From an uncultured Acidobacteriota bacterium (GTDB lineage Bacteria > Acidobacteriota > Thermoanaerobaculia > UBA5066 > DATFVB01): DNA of 64,000 bases. Positions within the stretch are counted from its first letter, which is position 1, and each line of letters opens with the position of its first letter. Where the stretch lies: assembly GCA_963773815.1 (NCBI GenBank), contig CAVZCI010000017.1:891-64890 (forward strand), read 5' to 3'. The notes beneath the pieces were generated by a model. It did no database searches. It had not been told where the DNA came from and saw only the letters and a program-made list of their open reading frames with translations. Made by a program: the position numbers and the translations under genes. Below, one piece after another: positions 9,471 to 21,400 of the stretch.

Positions 9471-10114
9471 TCCTCGCAGAATCGAGCGATGCGAGCCTTG
9501 TCCTTCGGCTCGATCCGCGTGAACGCGACGCCGTAGCTGCGCCGCAGCCGCTCCGGATCGAAAACCGCGCGCTTCACGGCCGCTGACGCGGAGACCGGCT
9601 CGGGGTCGTCGCCGAGGAAGAACTCGATCTCGAGGCCGTCCCCGACCGAAAGCTCCCTCTGGACTTCGAGAAGCACGCCGGTCAGGGACACGTTGACCGC
9701 GCAGCCGAGCCAGACGGCCGCCGAACCGCCCGCCAGGCGAACGCGGGCGAGACTCGAGGAATCCCGGCGCCGCGGAGCGGACGTCTGCCGGGCGACGCTC
9801 TCGAGGATCGCGGCGATCGGGCTGCCGGCGAACAGCACGTCGTTGATCCCCGCGAGAAAAGACTCCGGAAGGTCGCCGTGCGCCTCCTCGATCAGGAGGA
9901 TGACCGCCACGCGCCGCGCGCCGAGAAGCTCGCGAAACCGGTCGTACAGCGGAAGGCCGTCCTCGCGAAACGGCGCGACGACGAAAAGGTCGAACGGGCG
10001 AAGATCTTCCGGAACAACATCGACGGCGGACAGCTCCTCGACCTCGTAACCGCCGCCACGCAGCGGCGGCGAAAGAACCTGCGTGCCCGGCCCGACGAGG
10101 CCGATCTTGATCAC
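9467..10114 (-). CDS. Degenerate receiver plus PilZ domain protein
   Basis: RRR..., NVSLTGVLL, YGVAF; GTG overlaps upstream stop. Confidence 0.75.
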   Translation of the reverse strand: MIKIGLVGPGTQVLSPPLRGGGYEVEELSAVDVVPEDLRPFDLFVVAPFREDGLPLYDRFRELLGARRVAVILLIEEAHGDLPESFLAGINDVLFAGSPIAAILESVARQTSAPRRRDSSSLARVRLAGGSAAVWLGCAVNVSLTGVLLEVQRELSVGDGLEIEFFLGDDPEPVSASAAVKRAVFDPERLRRSYGVAFTRIEPKDKARIARFCEE

Positions 10115-10521
10115 GACGAGCCGGCGCCCCGCCGGACGAGAATCTCGCCCCGCGCGATCTCCTCGCCTTCGGCCGAGACGACTCCCGAGAACTTCGCGAA
10201 GAGGCCGAAAGTCCCGAGCAGCTCGATCCGGATCGTCAACCGCTCGCCCGGAACCGGCGTCCGGAGCAGCGAAAAGTTGTCCAGCCCGGCGAGAAAACCC
10301 GTTCGCCCGATGTCCGCGTCGCCGCCTTCGAGAAGGAGCGCGGACTGCGCGATGATCTCCGCGAGCAGGAACGGCGAGCCCCATTCCGGCCCGGAGCATG
10401 CGCGCTGCCCGGACGAAACGGCGGCGGACACTTCGCCGCCTCCGAATTTTTCGTCCCGCTCCCGGACAACCGATTCCACGAATCGGAACGGGAAAACGTG
10501 CGGAAGCGGTTGAGGTTCCAT
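10111..10521 (-). CDS. FabZ-like hot-dog dehydratase
   Basis: LPHVFPFRFVE, LAEIIAQ, PVPGERL. Confidence 0.8.
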   Translation of the reverse strand: MEPQPLPHVFPFRFVESVVRERDEKFGGGEVSAAVSSGQRACSGPEWGSPFLLAEIIAQSALLLEGGDADIGRTGFLAGLDNFSLLRTPVPGERLTIRIELLGTFGLFAKFSGVVSAEGEEIARGEILVRRGAGSS

Positions 10522-10528
10522 CCGACCC

Positions 10529-10789
10529 TCAGGCGGCCGACTTTTCCTTGATGAAATCCGTCAGCGAATTGACCGAAGAAAACGCCTTGATGCCGACTTC
10601 CTCGTCGGCAACCTTGATGCCGAATTCCTGCTCGAGCCCGAGGACGAGCTCGAGGGCGTCGATCGAATCGAGGCCCAGCCCTTCGCCGAAGAGGGGCGCC
10701 GAGTCGTCGATCGAAGTCGGGGCGATTTCCAGCTTCAGCCGGCGGACGATCAAATCCTTCACTTTCGACTTGAGCTCCGAGTCGTTCAT
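10529..10789 (-). CDS. Acyl carrier protein
   Basis: GLGLDSIDALEL phosphopantetheine motif. Confidence 0.93.
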   Translation of the reverse strand: MNDSELKSKVKDLIVRRLKLEIAPTSIDDSAPLFGEGLGLDSIDALELVLGLEQEFGIKVADEEVGIKAFSSVNSLTDFIKEKSAA

Positions 10790-10826
10790 CGAGAATTCCT
10801 TTCCAGTGAAGGCAATTCTACATGAT

Positions 10827-11567
10827 TCACATCAACAGCCCGCCGTCGACCTGCCAGATCTGGCCCGAGACGTAAGAGGCGCCCTCGGAAGCGAGAAAGG
10901 CGACGACGGCGGCGACCTCGTCGGGGCTCCCGAACCTCTTCGCGGGAATGAGCTTGAGATAGTCGGCGAGGGTTTCGGCCGTCAGATCGCGGATCATGTC
11001 CGTCTCGATGATCCCGGGAGCGACCGCGTTGACGGTGATGTTGCGCCCGCCCACTTCCCGGGCGAGGGACTTCGTGAACGACATGACGCCGCCCTTGGCG
11101 GCCGAGTAGTTCGTCTGTCCCATCTGGCCGGAGACGCCGCTGTCGGAGACGATGTTGACGATTCGGCCCCAGTTCTTGTGCATCATCCGGCGCACGAAAG
11201 CCTTGCACATTCGATACGTGCCCTTGAGGGAAGTCTCGACGACGCGGTCCCAGTCCTCTTCCCGCATGAAGGCGAAGAGCACGTCTTTGATGATTCCCGC
11301 GTTGTTGACGAGGATGTCGCAGCCACCGTAGTCCTTTTCGACGCGCGCCGAGAGCTCCGCGACTTCGTCGTTGCTCGTGACGTCGCCCGGGAGCGAGATC
11401 GCGATTCCCCCGTCCGCCTCGATCTCGTCGACGACGCGGTCGGCGTTCTCGAAGTCGTCCTTGCACGTGATGACGAGGCGGGCGCCGTCCCGGGCGAGCC
11501 GCCGCGCGATCGCGGCGCCGATTCCGCGGGACCCGCCCGTGACGATCGCGGTCTTCTGGAAGTTCAT
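10827..11567 (-). CDS. fabG: 3-oxoacyl-ACP reductase
   Basis: [21 protein letters not shown]. Confidence 0.9.
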   Translation of the reverse strand: MNFQKTAIVTGGSRGIGAAIARRLARDGARLVITCKDDFENADRVVDEIEADGGIAISLPGDVTSNDEVAELSARVEKDYGGCDILVNNAGIIKDVLFAFMREEDWDRVVETSLKGTYRMCKAFVRRMMHKNWGRIVNIVSDSGVSGQMGQTNYSAAKGGVMSFTKSLAREVGGRNITVNAVAPGIIETDMIRDLTAETLADYLKLIPAKRFGSPDEVAAVVAFLASEGASYVSGQIWQVDGGLLM

Positions 11568-11579
11568 GTCCCCAGTATT

Positions 11580-12508
11580 TCACCGTTCCCGGGCGATGTC
11601 CTCGATCGCCGCGAGAGTTCCGGCCGGGCGGCACGACGCCTCGCGGACGATCCACCGGGTCATCCGCGAGAGCGTGTCCCCCGGGCCGACCTCCAGGAAA
11701 TCCCGATGGGCGTCGGCGACCATCGCTTCGACGGTCTCCTTCCAGCGGGAGGGAAGGGCCGCCTGCCGGGAGAGAAGATCCGTCACTCCTTCGGCCGACG
11801 TGACGCGGGCGGCCGTGTGGCCCGCATAGAACGGGATGCCGGGAGCTCGAATCGAGGCGCACCGGGCCACGACGGGGGCGACCCGGAGGCAGACGTCGTC
11901 CATGAGCGGGCTGTGGATCGGCCAGGTCATCGGAAGCCGGACGGCCTTGAGGGCGCGGCCGGAGAAGGCGTCCAACGCGGCGTCCACGCCGGCCTCCGTG
12001 CCCGTCAGAACGAGCTGCGTCGCCGCGTTCACGTTTCCGATCCACACGAAGAGCCCCGCGGAGCGCAAACGGGACGCACTCCTCCTCGACGGAGTCCGCC
12101 GAGAGCCCGATGACCGCCCCCATCGCCCCGCGCACGCCCTGCCGGTCCGATTCCGAGAGCACGGCGAGAAGCACGGCCAGCGCGTCGTCGAACGAGACCG
12201 CGCCCGAGGCGACGAGCGCGGCGTAGTTGCCGAGCGAATATCCCGCGACCGCGGCCGGGACGACGCCTCGACGCGCCAGCTCCCTTCCCGCCAGCACCGA
12301 AACGAGGAAGACGCGCCGGCTGCGCCACGCGGTTCCGGCGCCATTCCGGCTCCTTCCCCTCGAACAGGGCCGCGGCAAGATCGGCGCCGCACTTCTCCGA
12401 AGTTCGGTCGAAGAGCTCTCGCGCCTCCGGCACGGCGTCGTAGAAGTCCTTTCCCATGCCGCCGAATTCGGCGAGCTGACCCGAAAAAAGGAAGGCGGTC
12501 GAGCTCAT
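11580..12508 (-). CDS. fabD: ACP S-malonyltransferase-like (frameshifted)
   Basis: FSGQ..GMG, AGYSLG, WPIHSPLM, EVGPG spread over three frames. Confidence 0.8.
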
Positions 12509-12515
12509 CGCAGCG

Positions 12516-13445
12516 TCACGCCTTTCTGCTGACCTCACCCCCGGCCTTCGGCCACCCCCTCTCCGTATTACGGAGAGGGGGACGGGGGGTGAGGTCCAAC
12601 TCTTCGATCGCGTGCATCCGCTCGGATGCGAGGAGGCGGTCCAACCGCTTCCCGAGGTTGACCCACGTCCCGAAGTGCGCGAGCCGGGACAGCGCCGGCA
12701 GGCCCGTCAGCGCCGGAGGGTTCTCGTCGAGCTCCCAGGGATGAAACGTGAAGATCGGGGGCGCGCCGGCGGCCCGAAAGCGGTCGGCGTTCTTCCGGAC
12801 GAGGCGGAACGGAACGCTTCGAAAGGCCCACGAGCCGCCGAGGAGGACGGTCGTGAAATACGCCCTTCCGGACAGGGGCGGAAACTCCAGCAAACGGTCG
12901 CCTCCTTCGAAGACGACGGCGGAGGGATAAGGATCGTTGCCGGTGCGGCCGATCAGCGGCACCGGCGTGACCGAGGAATCGTAGGCGAACCCCTCCTCCG
13001 CGAGCACGCGAAGGGACGGATCCGACAGGCTTCGGATCGACCATTCCGGCGCGCGGAAGCCGAGAAGCTTTTTTTCCGCGAGGGGTTCCAGGAGATCCCG
13101 GCCCGCGCGAAGGTCGGCGCGGAACTGTTCCTCCGTCATCTCCGTGCACCGGACATGCGCCATCCCGTGGAAAGCGATCTCGTGGCCCGCGCGGGCGACC
13201 GACCGCACGAGCCGGGGGTATTTGCTCGCGACCCAACCGAGGACGAAGAACGTGCCGCGGTGGCTCCCGCGGGCGAGACGCTCGAGCAGCGCCTCCGTCA
13301 CCGCCTCGACGCGCGATTCGAACCGACCCCACCTTCGCGCGTCGCCGAAGTAATCGTCACCGCAGACGCAGAACCACTCCTCCAGATCGACCGTGAGAAC
13401 CGACGGAGGGGATTCGAACCGCGCCCGCGAGACGTCCGGGCTCAC
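12516..13445 (-). CDS. Polysaccharide deacetylase (DUF3473 type)
   Basis: [37 protein letters not shown]. Confidence 0.88.
   Translation of the reverse strand: MSPDVSRARFESPPSVLTVDLEEWFCVCGDDYFGDARRWGRFESRVEAVTEALLERLARGSHRGTFFVLGWVASKYPRLVRSVARAGHEIAFHGMAHVRCTEMTEEQFRADLRAGRDLLEPLAEKKLLGFRAPEWSIRSLSDPSLRVLAEEGFAYDSSVTPVPLIGRTGNDPYPSAVVFEGGDRLLEFPPLSGRAYFTTVLLGGSWAFRSVPFRLVRKNADRFRAAGAPPIFTFHPWELDENPPALTGLPALSRLAHFGTWVNLGKRLDRLLASERMHAIEELDLTPRPPLRNTERGWPKAGGEVSRKA
12531..12596. repeat. 66-bp branched palindrome inside the deacetylase 3' end
   Basis: GACCTCACCCC...GGGGTGAGGTC; near-identical to 32318-32383. Confidence 0.85.
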
Positions 13446-14125
13446 GAGAGCTCGAACACTTTGATGAACACGGCCCCCCAGGAGATCTTCCACGTGTCCC
13501 GGAACGGCCGGTAGTGCGACGTGCCCCCGTAGATCGCGCGGATCGGCACCGTCGCGAACCGCGAAACGCGGGGAGCCGCCTTCAGCAGCATCTCCGTTTC
13601 GATCGAATATCCGGAAGAGCGCAGCCGGATCTCCCGCAGCAGCGACGCTTCGACGAGCCGGTATCCCGACTGGCCGTCTTCGACCGGCAGGCCCGTCATG
13701 CGGGAAAGGATCATGTCGCCGATCCGATTCGTCTCGTAGCGGTAGGCGGGAATGGATTCCCGCTGCGCCATCCGGGAGCCGATGACGAAGCGTTCGCCGC
13801 GGCGGCCGGCGTCGAGGAACTTCGGCGCTTCCTCCGGGTCGTGCTGCCCGTCGCCGTCGAGAAAGAGCACGTGGGTGAGGTTCGGGTTTTTGAGCAGCGA
13901 ACCGAGGCCGGCCCGGATCGCGGAGCCCTTCCCGCCGTTGCCCGCCCGCGCGAGAACGCACGCGCCGGCGCGAGCCGCTTCCGCCGCGGTTTCGTCGCGC
14001 GAGCCGTCGTCGACGACGCAAACGGTCTCAAGGTGGCGGCGCGCCCCCGAAACGACGTCGAAGATCGTCGCCTCGCAGTCGTAGGCGGGGATGAGCGCCG
14101 CGGCGCGGAACGGCAGTTCAGGCAT
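13442..14125 (-). CDS. Glycosyltransferase family 2 (DPM-synthase-like)
   Basis: [29 protein letters not shown]. Confidence 0.9.
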   Translation of the reverse strand: MPELPFRAAALIPAYDCEATIFDVVSGARRHLETVCVVDDGSRDETAAEAARAGACVLARAGNGGKGSAIRAGLGSLLKNPNLTHVLFLDGDGQHDPEEAPKFLDAGRRGERFVIGSRMAQRESIPAYRYETNRIGDMILSRMTGLPVEDGQSGYRLVEASLLREIRLRSSGYSIETEMLLKAAPRVSRFATVPIRAIYGGTSHYRPFRDTWKISWGAVFIKVFELS

Positions 14126-14164
14126 GCGGACGCGATTCTACTTCTCCCGCTTAGAATGCTTCCC

Positions 14165-15353
14165 GTGAAACTCGCGCTCGGCGGCATCATTCTCTTGCTC
14201 GCGGTCTCGGCGGCGGCATCGACCCCGCGGGAGCCGGCTTCCGGTCCGGATCTCGCGAAGCGCTACTCGCGCGGCGGCTACGCGCTCTATTTCGCGGGCG
14301 AGGCCTGGAGCTTCGCTCTCCTCGGCGTCATCGCGGCGTCGGGCCTGTGCGTGAAATTCCGGGACTGGGGTCGAAAAGGCCGGCCGCGGGCCGAACCGGA
14401 CGGTCTTCCTGACCGCCTCGATTTTCACGGTCTTCGTTTCCCTCGCGTCGTTTCCCCTCCACCTCTACCGCAGCTATTTTCGCGAGAAACGTTACGGCTT
14501 TTCCCACCAGAGCATTTTTCAGTGGCTCGGCGACTGGGCCAAGGGCCTGGGAATCGGGCTTCTGGTCGGCGGTCTGCTGATCACGCTGATCTACGCCGTC
14601 GCGCGCCGGTTTCCCCGCCGGTACTGGCTGATCGCCGCCGGGATCGCGATCGCGTTTCTCGTGACGACCGTCGTCGTCGAGCCCGTTTTCCTGGCGCCGC
14701 TGTTCAACAAGTTCACGCCGCTCCCCGCGGGAGACCTCCGAACGCGCCTGCTCGATCTCGCGCGCTCGCAGGGAATTCCGGCGAGCGACGTCTTCGAAGT
14801 CGACGCGAGCCGCCGATCGTCGCACACGAACGCTTACGTTTCCGGGCTTTTCGGCACGCGGCGCATCGTCATTTTCGACACGCTCCTGAAATCCGAGACG
14901 CCGCGCGAGATCGTCGCGACGATGGGGCACGAGATGGGCCACTACGTGTTTCACCACGTCGGGAAGGGCATCGCGCTGGCCTCCCTCGGCATCCTCGCGG
15001 CGTGCTGGCTCGTCCATTTTCTCTACCCGCGGCTCACGAAGCTCGAAATTTCCGACCCCGCCGGGCTTCCTCTCGCGATCCTGATCGTCTCGGTGTTCTC
15101 CTTTCTCTCGACGCCCATCGGAGACGGTTATTCGCGAAAGATCGAGCACGAGGCGGACGCCTACGGGCTCGACGTCGTGCGCGACCCGGACGCGGCGGAA
15201 TCGGGGCTCCGAAAGTTCAACACGGTGGACCTCTCGGAATACGACCCTCCCCCGTTCATCGAGTTCTGGCTCTACACGCACCCCTCGCTGCGCCACCGCA
15301 TCGAGTTCTGCGAGCAATGGAAGCGGGAACACGGATACGATTCGAAATCATGA
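14165..15353 (+). CDS. M48 (Ste24-like) metallopeptidase (frameshift near 14385)
   Basis: NAYVSG, HEMGH, EHEAD, THP; signal-like N-terminus. Confidence 0.85.
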
Positions 15354-16285
15354 AACTGTTGCGTTCGATCCTCGGCGCCCTCTGTCCCCTGCTCGCCCTC
15401 GGCGCTCAGGCGGCTACCGCCCCTCCCCCGACGATGGCCGACGTCCTCGCCGCCTCGAAGCCTGCCGACTGGCGCCCGGTCGACCCGCAAAACGAGCTGT
15501 ACCTGGAGCTCTCTTCCGGCCGCGTCGTGATCGAGCTCGCCCCGGCTTTCGCGCCGGAACACGTCGCGAACGTCGAGAAGCTCGTCCGCGCGAAGTATTT
15601 CGACGGACTCGCGTTCCTGCGCTCGCAGGACAACTACGTCGTCCAGTGGGGCGACCCGAACGCGGACAATCGCGCCGAAGGGGGACCAGGCGCGAAGGCG
15701 CGGCCGATCGCTCCCGCCCGCGAGAAGCTCCCGGCGGAGTTCACGCGGCCGCTCGCCGGCCTCGCGTTCACCCGTCTTCCGGATCCCGACGGGTACGCTC
15801 CCGAGGCGGGCTTTTCGGGCGGGTTTCCCGCGGGCCGGGACCCGAAGAATGGGGTGGCCTGGGCCGCGCACTGCTACGGAATGGTCGGCGTCGGTCGGGG
15901 CGACGACCCGGAGTCGGGAAACGGGAGCGAAATCTACGTCGTCATCGGAAACGCCCCGAGACACCTCGATCGGAACGTCGCTCTCGTCGGCCGGGTCCTC
16001 CAGGGCATGGAGCTCCTCTCCACGCTCCCCCGAGGGTCGGGCGGGATGGGCTTCTACGAGAAGGGGGAACCGCGGGCGGCGATCCGCTCGATCCGGGTCG
16101 CCGCCGACCTCCCGGCCGCGAGCCGCACGAACCTCGAAGTCTTCCGAACCGACACGCCCGCGTTCGCGGCGCTCGTGGAGTCCCGCCGCAACCGGAGAGA
16201 AAGCTGGTTCACGTCGCCGGCGGGGCACGTCGAGCTCTGCAACGTTCCGATCCCCGTTCGCGCCGCGCCAACTTCGGCGCATTGA
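15350..16285 (+). CDS. Exported cyclophilin-type peptidylprolyl isomerase
   Basis: [34 protein letters not shown]. Confidence 0.85.
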   Translation: MKLLRSILGALCPLLALGAQAATAPPPTMADVLAASKPADWRPVDPQNELYLELSSGRVVIELAPAFAPEHVANVEKLVRAKYFDGLAFLRSQDNYVVQWGDPNADNRAEGGPGAKARPIAPAREKLPAEFTRPLAGLAFTRLPDPDGYAPEAGFSGGFPAGRDPKNGVAWAAHCYGMVGVGRGDDPESGNGSEIYVVIGNAPRHLDRNVALVGRVLQGMELLSTLPRGSGGMGFYEKGEPRAAIRSIRVAADLPAASRTNLEVFRTDTPAFAALVESRRNRRESWFTSPAGHVELCNVPIPVRAAPTSAH

Positions 16286-16310
16286 CTCCCTTCTAACTGC
16301 TCGATAGACT
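16282..16310 (+). promoter_or_regulatory. Sigma70 promoter of the nuo operon
   Basis: TTGACT-17 bp-TAGACT. Confidence 0.75.
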
Positions 16311-16312
16311 CC

Positions 16313-16330
16313 TCGTGAAATTTTTCACGA
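16313..16330. promoter_or_regulatory. Rex operator
   Basis: TCGTGAAATTTTTCACGA resembles TTGTGAA-N4-TTCACAA; rex ends the operon. Confidence 0.8.
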
Positions 16331-16336
16331 GGTCGG

Positions 16337-16686
16337 ATGCTCGAATACGTCCCGATCCTGATTCTGATGGGCTTCGCGGCTGTCGTGGCGACGGCGCTGC
16401 TGACGATTTCGGCCCTCCTCGGCCGGCATGTGCGAACCCGTCGAAAGCTCTCGACTTACGAATGCGGAATGCCCCTGCTCGACAAGTCGCGCAAGCGGAT
16501 CTCGGTCAAGTTCGCGGTCGTCGCGATGGTCTTCATCCTCTTCGACGTCGAGATCGCGTTCGTCTACCCCTGGGCCATTCTGTTCGCGCGGCCGGGTGGG
16601 CTCTCTTCGCCGAGATGATCGTCTTCCTCGCGACGCTCGGCGTCGGCTACGCCTACATCTGGAAGAAGGGCGCGCTGGACTGGTGA
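16337..16686 (+). CDS. nuoA: NADH-quinone oxidoreductase subunit A (frameshift near 16600)
   Basis: YECG, FILFDVE, YIWKKGALDW. Confidence 0.93.
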
Positions 16687-16717
16687 AGGAGCTGGACTGA
16701 ATGAAAGCGCTCCGCTC

Positions 16718-17284
16718 GTGAAAGAGCTCCGCTATGCGTCGCGAGCCTCGGGGCGGCCGTTCGCGTTCACGGAAGGGGAATCGCGCGAGATCGAGTCGCT
16801 GCTGAAGCGATATCCGACGAAGCGCGCCGCCCTTCTTCCCGTTCTCTGGATCGTCCAGGAACGGATGCGCTGGGTTCCGGCCGAGGCCGTCGCCGAAGTG
16901 GCGCGCGTGCTGGAGCTCTCGGAGGCCTACATCGACGGCGTGCTGACGTTCTACACGATGTACAGCCTTCACCCGATCGGCCGGTACGACCTGCAGTTCT
17001 GCACGTCGATCTCCTGCCACCTGAACGGCGCGGAGGGCCTGCTCGAACGCTGCGAGAAGAAGCTCGGGATCGGAGTTGGCCAGACGACGGCGGACGGCAG
17101 GTTCACGATCACGGAGGTCGAGTGCATCGCGGGATGCGACCGCGCGCCTTCGATGCAGGTCAACGACAAGTACCACGAGCCGATGACGGCCGAGAAGCTC
17201 GACGAGCTGCTTGAGCGGCTCTCGAGACAAGCCCAAGGGGCGGAAGAACAGCAAGCCCTCAGGGCGAAAGACCAGAAGGCCTGA
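16718..17284 (+). CDS. nuoE: NADH-quinone oxidoreductase subunit E
   Basis: TFYTMY, CTSISC, VECIAGC. Confidence 0.93.
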   Translation: MKELRYASRASGRPFAFTEGESREIESLLKRYPTKRAALLPVLWIVQERMRWVPAEAVAEVARVLELSEAYIDGVLTFYTMYSLHPIGRYDLQFCTSISCHLNGAEGLLERCEKKLGIGVGQTTADGRFTITEVECIAGCDRAPSMQVNDKYHEPMTAEKLDELLERLSRQAQGAEEQQALRAKDQKA

Positions 17285-18566
17285 TGCCCTACGAAAAGGT
17301 GCTCCTGGCGCGCGTCGGCCGCGAAAACTCCCGGTCGATCGAGACCTACATCCGCGACGGGGGGTACGAGGCGTGGAAGAAGATTCTGCGCGAAAAGCCC
17401 GACCCGAACGAGATCGTCGAGACGGTCAAGAAATCGGGCCTTCGCGGGCGCGGCGGCGCGGGCTTTCCGACCGGCGTGAAATGGTCGTTCATCCCGAAGG
17501 ACACGAAGGGAAAACCGGACTACCTCGTGCTGAACGCGGACGAATCGGAGCCCGGAACGTTCAAGGACCGGCTCCTGATCGAGCAGGACCCGCACCTCGT
17601 CCTCGAGGGGATGGCGATCGCGGCGTACGCGATCCGGTGCCGCACGGCATACATCTACATCCGCGGCGAGTTCTGGGACGGCGCCAGGATCCTGAACGAG
17701 CGATCCGGGAAGCGTCCGCGGCGGGGTTGCTCGGCGGAGACGCCGGCCTCGACATCTACGTCCACCGCGGCGCGGGCGCCTACATCTGCGGCGAGGAAAC
17801 GGCGCTGCTGGAATCGCTCGAAGGAAAGCGCGGCCAGCCGCGCGTCAAGCCGCCGTTCCCGGCCGTTTCCGGAGCGTTCGCGTGCCCCACGATCGTGAAC
17901 AACGTCGAGACGATCGCGTGCGTGCCGTTCATCCTGAACCGCGGCGCGGAATGGTTCGCGAAGATCGGGCGAAACGAAAAGAACACCGGGCCGAAGCTCT
18001 ACTGCCTTTCGGGACACGTCAACCGGCCCGGAGTGTACGAGGCGCCGATGGGCTTGCAGCTGAAAGACCTGATTTTCGGCTCCGATTTCGGACGCGGCAT
18101 GGCCGGAGGCCGCAAGGTCAAGGCGGTCATTCCCGGGGGGGCCTCCGCCGCGATGCTGACCGCCGCCGAGATCGAGGACTGCCCGCTCGACTTCGACGGA
18201 GTGGCAGCGAAGGGCTCGATGCTCGGATCGGCCGCGATCGTCGTGATGAACGAGGACACCTGCATCGTTCGCGCGGCGAAGAACCTCGCGAAATTTTTCG
18301 CACACGAGTCGTGCGGCCAGTGCACCCCGTGCCGCGAGGGCTGCCCGTGGCTCCTCAAGGTGCTGACGCGCCTGGAAGGGGGCGAGGGCCGGTCCGAAGA
18401 CATCGATCTGCTGCTGTCGATGGCGAAGCAGATGAACAACGGAATGACTCTGTGCGTCTTCGCCGACGCGGCGGTCGGCCACGTCCTTTCGACGATCCCG
18501 AAATTCCGCGGCGAATACGAAGCGCACGTCGCGAACGCCGGCTGCCGCGCGGGAGCGGTGGCGTGA
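17284..18566 (+). CDS. nuoF: NADH-quinone oxidoreductase subunit F (frameshift near 17700)
   Basis: [36 protein letters not shown]. Confidence 0.95.
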
Positions 18567-18679
18567 GGGGAATCGCTCGCCGGGGCGGGTGGCGCGGGGC
18601 GAGACTCCCTTTTGCCGCTCGCGACGCCGGTGTAGCAAAGTCCTCAGGCTCGCGGCGAGCGGAAAAGAGGAGCGAGCCT

Positions 18680-20351
18680 GTGACAGGACCCGCCCCGGTC
18701 GAGCGAGGGTTTTCGAATGCCGTGAAGATCACGTTCGAGGACAAGGCCACGACGACCGTCGAGGTTCCCGACGGCACGAACATGATCGAGGCCGCGAAGA
18801 TGGCCGGGATCGAGATCCCCCACTTCTGCTACCACCCGCGTTTCTCCGTCGTCGGCCAGTGCCGGATGTGCCTCGTCGAGGTCGACGGCATGCCGAAAAT
18901 CCAGGCCGCCTGCACGACTCCGATCAAGGACGGCATGGTCGTCAAGACCGGCTCGGCAAAGACGAAAGAGGCCCAGAAGGCGACGATGGAGTTTCTCCTG
19001 ATCAACCATCCGCTCGACTGCCCGATCTGCGACCAGGCCGGGGAGTGCAAGTTGCAGGACAACTCCTTCGGGTACGGGTTCCAGGCTTCGCGCTACGACG
19101 AGCGCAAGAAGCAGTACGAGGGCTACTCCCGGACCAAGATCGGCCCCCGCGTCATCGCGCGACATGACCCGCTGCATCCTCTGCACGCGCTGCATCCGCT
19201 TCACGCAGGAGATCTCGAAGACGTCCGAGCTGACGTTCCTCGACCGGGCGGGACAGACGCTCGTCTGGACGCACGAGGGCCGCGAGCTGGACAACGACTG
19301 GTCGGCCTGCGCGGCCGACGTCTGCCCCGTCGGCGCGCTCACCGTCGAGGAGTTCCGATTCCGACAGCGCGTCTGGTACCTCAAGAAGACGCCCTCCGTC
19401 TGCCCCGGATGCGACATCGGCTGCAACAACTCCGTCGAATCGCGCGGAGAGACCGTTTTCCGTTACATGCCGCGGCTCAACCCCGAGGTCAACGACTACT
19501 GGCTCTGCGACTACGGCCGATTCCTCTCTGAATCGCTGAACGAGCGGTCGTATTCGCGAGCCCTCCTGCGCGAGAACGGCGAGCGGAATCCCGCGACGTG
19601 GGACGTCGTCCTCGACCGCGTCGCCGCGGAGATCAAGAAGACGATCGCGGAATCGGGGCCGCAGGCGATTTTCGCGCTCGGCTCCGCGAACCTCTCGAAC
19701 GAAGAAAACTGGCTGCTGCGGAAGATCTTCCGCGACACCCTGAACGTTCCGAACCTGGACGTGACGGCCGACGCCGACCGGGTCCGGCGCATGCCGTCGA
19801 AGAACGGATGGATCGAAAGCTCGGGCACGGCTTCCCCGAACGAGCGGGGCGCCCGGGAGATGGGCGTCGGGCCCGGATCCGGAGGCCGGACGCTCGCGGA
19901 CCTCTGGGCCGGGAAGTTCGAGCCCGAGATCCTCTACGTTTCCGACGCGGCGTTTTCGCGCCTCGCGGACGACCCGGAGAAGGTCGCGATCCTCCGCAAG
20001 GCCCGGCTCCTCATCGTCCACGCCCGAACCGAGAACGCGCTGACCCGCGCCGCCGACGTCCTCCTGCCGTGCGCGTCCCTGGCCCAGAAGGACGGGACTT
20101 TCACGAGCCGGTTCGACCGCGTGCAGCGCTTCGAGCGCGCGATGCTCCCGAAGCCCCCCGTCAAGGCAGACTGGGAGATCCTCCTGCTGCTCGGAATGCG
20201 GTTCGGATTCGGAAACCCCGAATGGAACCCCCTGACGATCTTCTCGGAAATCGCGCGCGAGGTCCCCGGATACTCGGATCTCGACTTCCGCGAACTGGAG
20301 GGGGGCTCGACGATGAAGAAGGGCCTCTTCGTTTCGGTGGGCGGGCTGTGA
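18680..20351 (+). CDS. nuoG: NADH-quinone oxidoreductase subunit G, short form (frameshift near 19160; start uncertain)
   Basis: PHFCYHP, CRMCLVE, NHPLDCPICDQAGEC, RCILCTRC, CPVGAL. Confidence 0.9.
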
Positions 20352-21400
20352 CGGCCGTCGACTGGATCATCCTGGCCGTCCGGCCGCTCGCGCCGGTCCT
20401 CACGACGCTCCTTCTCGTGCCGATCATCCTGTGGGTCGAAAGGCGCGGCGCCGGCCTGATCCAGGACCGGCCCGGCCCGAACCGCGTCGGGTTCTTCGGC
20501 TGGAGCGCGTTCGGGCTCGGGCAGCCGCTCGCCGACGCCTTGAAATTTTTCTTCAAGGAGGACGTGACGCCCGACAACGTCGACGTCCTGCTCTACACGC
20601 TCGCGCCGTGGATCGTGATGTTCTCCGCGCTCGTCGCGTTCGCGGTGATCCCTTACGGCCCGACGTTCTCCGTCCGGGGGCACGAGATCAAGATGATCGG
20701 CGCCGACGTTCCGATCGGAGCCCTCTTCATTTTCGCGATGGCCGGAATGTCCGTCTACGGGATCGTCCTGGCCGGCTGGTCGTCGAACAACAAGTACTCG
20801 CTCATGGGCGGCTTTCGCTCCGCGGCGCAGGTCATCTCCTACGAGCTCGCGATGACGACGGCCGCGGCGGGAGTGTTCCTGACTTCCGGCTCCTTCCGCC
20901 TCTCCGAGGTCGTCGCGTCGCAGCAGGGACGCTGGCTCGGCTTTCTCCCGAGGTGGAACGCGGTGCCGCAGTTCTTCGGATTCGTGATCTTCACGATCGC
21001 CGCGTTCGCGGAGACGAACCGCGTGCCGTTCGACCTCGCGGAGGCGGACGCGGAGCTCGTCGCCGGTTACCACACCGAGTATTCCTCTTTCAAATTCGCC
21101 GCGTTTTTCATGGCCGAGTACGTCGCGATGACGGTCGCGTCCGCGTTCATCGTCACGATGTACCTCGGCGGGTGGTCGATCCCCTTCTTCCACCCGCAGG
21201 GAATTCTCGGGGCGCTGATCTCGGTCGCCGTCTTCGCGGCGAAGATCGCGTTCCTGATGTGGGTCTTCATCTGGGTTCGCTGGACGCTGCCGCGTTTCCG
21301 CTACGACCAGCTCATGGCCGTCGGCTGGAAAGTGCTGCTCCCGCTCGCGTTCGCGAATCTCCTCTGGGCGGCCCTGCTCGTCCGGATCGGGGCTCTGTGA
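20348..21400 (+). CDS. nuoH: NADH-quinone oxidoreductase subunit H
   Basis: QDRPGPNRVG, QVISYE, AETNRVPFDL, PRFRYDQLM. Confidence 0.95.
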   Translation: MTAVDWIILAVRPLAPVLTTLLLVPIILWVERRGAGLIQDRPGPNRVGFFGWSAFGLGQPLADALKFFFKEDVTPDNVDVLLYTLAPWIVMFSALVAFAVIPYGPTFSVRGHEIKMIGADVPIGALFIFAMAGMSVYGIVLAGWSSNNKYSLMGGFRSAAQVISYELAMTTAAAGVFLTSGSFRLSEVVASQQGRWLGFLPRWNAVPQFFGFVIFTIAAFAETNRVPFDLAEADAELVAGYHTEYSSFKFAAFFMAEYVAMTVASAFIVTMYLGGWSIPFFHPQGILGALISVAVFAAKIAFLMWVFIWVRWTLPRFRYDQLMAVGWKVLLPLAFANLLWAALLVRIGAL

